Source: Mobula hypostoma (taxonomy: Eukaryota). Taken from it: a stretch of DNA of 64,000 bases. A model generated the notes under the pieces. The model was not told the origin of the DNA and made no database searches. It saw only the letters and a list, made by a program, of their open reading frames with translations. Positions 61,300 to 64,000 of the stretch are shown here, one piece after another (the stretch's first letter is position 1; each line of letters begins with the position of its first letter). A program made the position numbers and the translations under genes. The stretch covers positions 180,546,001-180,610,000 of the forward strand of contig NC_086097.1 in the NCBI RefSeq assembly GCF_963921235.1. Reading direction: 5' to 3'.

Positions 61300-61785
61300 T
61301 ATATAACATAGAATAGTATAGCACAGTGCAGGCCCTATGGCTCACGATGTTGTGCCAACCATTGCAACCACTCCATAATCAATCTAATCCTTCCCCCCCC
61401 ACATAGCCCTCCATTTTTCTTTCATATCCATATCTCTGTATCCATCTCTCCCATGGTAGAACATTCCATACACCCATCACGCTCTGTATAAAAGCACTAC
61501 CTCTGACATACCCCCTTACTTTCTAACAATCACTTTAAAATTATACTGTCTTCCATTAGCCATTTCTGCCATGGGAAAAATTCACTGGCCATCTATTCTA
61601 CTTATCCCTCTTATCATCATCTGCACCTCCATCATGTCCCCTCTCATCCTTCCCTGTTCTAAAGAGAAAATTCCTAGCTGAATCAACCTTTCCTCATAGG
61701 ACATGTTCTATAATCCAGACAGCATCCCCTCTGAAGCTTCCACATCCTTCCTATACAGCAGAACTGAACACAATGTTCCATAACA
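61300..61785 (-). mobile_element. CR1 LINE 3' fragment
   Basis: Similar to 18760-19110 and 19940-20130 (ACATAGAATAGTATAGCACAGT..., CCTCTCATCCTT..CTAAAGAGAAAA). Confidence 0.65.
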
Positions 61786-61919
61786 CGATGACCTGCTGAG
61801 TATTTCCAACTTTTTTTGTTTCCAGTTTCCAGCATTTGCAGTATTTTGCTTTCCTAATTTCTGTTTCTGTGGCTTTTGTTAGAAAGTCATTCAAGAGTTG
61901 AAATTAAAGACTGTGAGGT

Positions 61920-63080
61920 CGGGGCTGACCATGGATATTGCATCCTAGCTATATGCAAGCCGTACCAAAGCCAAAGCAGTACGATATGGTGAGCAGGCTA
62001 TTGCCCATGCTGTAGCCTCCCCCTCTCCACGCAGCTGATGAATCCAAACCAACAGCAGAGATCAATACAGTTTGGCACCAGTGGCGTTGCAGGAGTTGCC
62101 AGTCACCATTAAAAGTTCAGAGTAAAATTTATTATCAGATTACATACATGTCACCATATATAACCCTAGGATTCTTTTTCCTGCAGGCATACTCAGAAAA
62201 TCTACAGAACAGTAACCATAAACAGGATCAATGAACGAGCAAGAGCACAGAAGACATCAAAGGCAAATATAAACAAATAGCAATAAATAAGGAGTGCATG
62301 AAATAAGGTAAGAGTTCTTAAAGTGAGACAATCGGTTGTGGGAATACCAGAAATAGAATGTGTGAAGTTATCCTCTTTTGTTCAACAGCCTGATGGTTGA
62401 GGGGTAGTAACTGCTCTTGAACCTGGTGGTATGAGTCCTGAGGCACTTGTATTTTCTACCTGAGCATGGCCTAGGTGGTGAGGATCTTTGATGATGGATG
62501 CTGCTTTTCTATGGTAATGTTCCATGTAGATGTGCTCAGTGGTTGGGAGGGTTTTACCCGTGATGTACTAGGCCGAATCCACTGCCTTTTGTAGGATATT
62601 CTGCTCAAAGGCATTGGTGTTCCCATACCAGGCCATAATGCAGCCAGTCAGCACACTTTCCACCATACATCTATAGAAGTTTGTCAGGGTTTTTGATGAC
62701 ATGCCAAATCTCCGCATACTCCTGAGGAAATAGAGGTGCTCTTGTTGTCAATGTTGGACTGCTTTAGGGATTCCAGCTCCAGACTCTTCCTTGGGATTTA
62801 CACCCAAATCCTTCCCCATGAGTGGGTATAGCCACAAGGCAGCAAAGGTTTGAGATCAGCATTTTCCTTCTCCCTGGTTTTAAGTCGCCAGTAACCTGCC
62901 TTTGTCCCTACTCCTGTCAGTAGGAATGGTTACGTTGGGCTTAATAGCTAAGCCACATGTGAAAGCCAGGAGCTGGGCTTGGCTGTCAGAGGGTATTTGA
63001 GATGCCTACCATTGGGAGCATTTAATGGGTAGTGGGAGCTTATCCCCAGTAACTCCTCTGCCTATGACAACCTTAAGGTC
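61920..63080. mobile_element. Interspersed repeat (family of 20415-20930) with a nested Rex1-like LINE
   Basis: Host sequence breaks at ~62112 and resumes at ~62745. Confidence 0.65.
62113..62742 (-). mobile_element. Rex1/Babar-like LINE 3' fragment
   Basis: Collinear with 16545-17530; provides the empty-site sequence CATCTATAGAAGTTTGTCA. Confidence 0.75.
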
Positions 63081-63139
63081 CTTCAATTAGAGACAAGTGA
63101 CACAGAAACAGGTCTTTCAGTCCACCAAGTCAGTGCCAA

Positions 63140-63365
63140 TCACCAACCATCCAGTTACATTAATCCAATGTTTTATTCTCCCCACATTCATCCACACACA
63201 GGAGCATTTTACAGCCCACCGCCAACCCCACGTGCCTTTGGGAAGCCAGCGGACACTGGAACATCCGGGGGAAACCGACATGGTCACAGGGAGAACATGC
63301 GAACTCCACACAGATGGCACCAGAGGTTAGGTTCAAATCCAGGTCTCTAGAAGCATGAGTGCCAG
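63140..63365 (-). mobile_element. HE1-like SINE
   Basis: GGAACATCCGGGGGAAACCGACATGGTCACAGGGAGAACATGCGAACTCC is the reverse complement of the SINE body seen near 1270 and 9300. Confidence 0.65.
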
Positions 63366-63693
63366 CATTAGGCTTTGCTTGATGGCAAACGTCATGCCAA
63401 GTCTCACTACGTTACAGTTGCTATACAAATGCAGAGTGTCAGTCTGCACACCTGCCCTGGAGCAGCAAAAAGCTCCTTCAGCCTGGCTCCCTGGACTGGG
63501 GTCATGCACCAGACTCTGCTTGAAGCTGGCCAGGGCAGTCATGAAATGGTACCATCACTCTCAACCCTCAAACCCTGGTGATCTCTGGATTCTCACTGGT
63601 GGTTGGTGGAAGCTGGGCCATTAGAAGTATTTAAAATGAAGATGGATAAATATTTGAAAGAATGCAGAATACAGGGGGATGGAGAAAAACATA

Positions 63694-64000
63694 CAGTGGC
63701 CACGTTATTACGTAACCTGCTTGCTAATGCAAATATCTAATCAGCCAATCATGTGGCAGCAACTCAATGCATAAAAGCATGCTGACATGGTCAAGAGGTT
63801 CAGTTGTTGTTCAGATCAAACATCAGAATGCGGAAGAAATGTGATCTAAGTGAGTTTGACCATGGAATGATTGTTGGTGCCAGACAGGATGGTTTGAGTA
63901 TCTCAGCAACTCCAAGGAATTTCACACACAACAGTCTTTAGAATTTACAGAGAGTGGAGCAAGAAACAAAAAAAAAATCCAGTGAGCAGCAGCACTGAGA
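63694..64000 (+). mobile_element. Tc1-like DNA transposon, left end and decayed transposase start
   Basis: CAGTGGCCAC..TATT terminus; from 63828 MRKKCDLSEFDHGMIVGARQDGLSISA.. and TTVFRIYREW (paired-like HTH). Confidence 0.8.

Noticed and set aside
57126..64000. ASIC first (TM1) exon
   Set aside because: No HG motif or FPAVTxCN-type sequence could be recognised; it presumably lies beyond the window.

Overview
This is eukaryotic genomic DNA, most likely from a cartilaginous fish and probably a ray; that assignment is inferred from the CR1, Rex1 and HE1-type SINE repeat content. The window is dominated by a minus-strand acid-sensing ion channel gene of the ASIC1c/ASIC3 type, which the ORF track largely misses. 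Nine coding exons can be read by hand with canonical GT-AG boundaries and consistent phases: 57125-56975, 55669-55542, 21632-21482, 15153-15097, 11873-11720, 11280-11189, 9116-9037, 7653-7582 and 4261-4157 (stop, ending EEFAC*). The first exon (TM1) is not visible and presumably lies beyond the window end. A convergent plus-strand terminal exon of a probable leucine-rich-repeat protein sits at 66-247. One ASIC intron (33.9 kb) is almost entirely filled by a ~32.7 kb G-rich 28-30 bp tandem array with higher-order duplications. A second 31 bp array, resembling the DeuSINE core, lies at ~58.3-60.0 kb. The most unusual object is a 506 bp fold-back element at 16926-17431. It has 232 bp inverted arms, TGTAA...TTATA ends and a 4 bp CTAT target-site duplication, and it carries a Ty3/Gypsy RNase H fragment. 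It is a candidate non-autonomous palindromic element moved by a Gypsy/Ginger-type integrase. The remainder is decayed CR1, Rex1, RTE-like, Penelope-like, Tigger/Tc1 and SINE sequence. All family names come from recognition, not from database searches.
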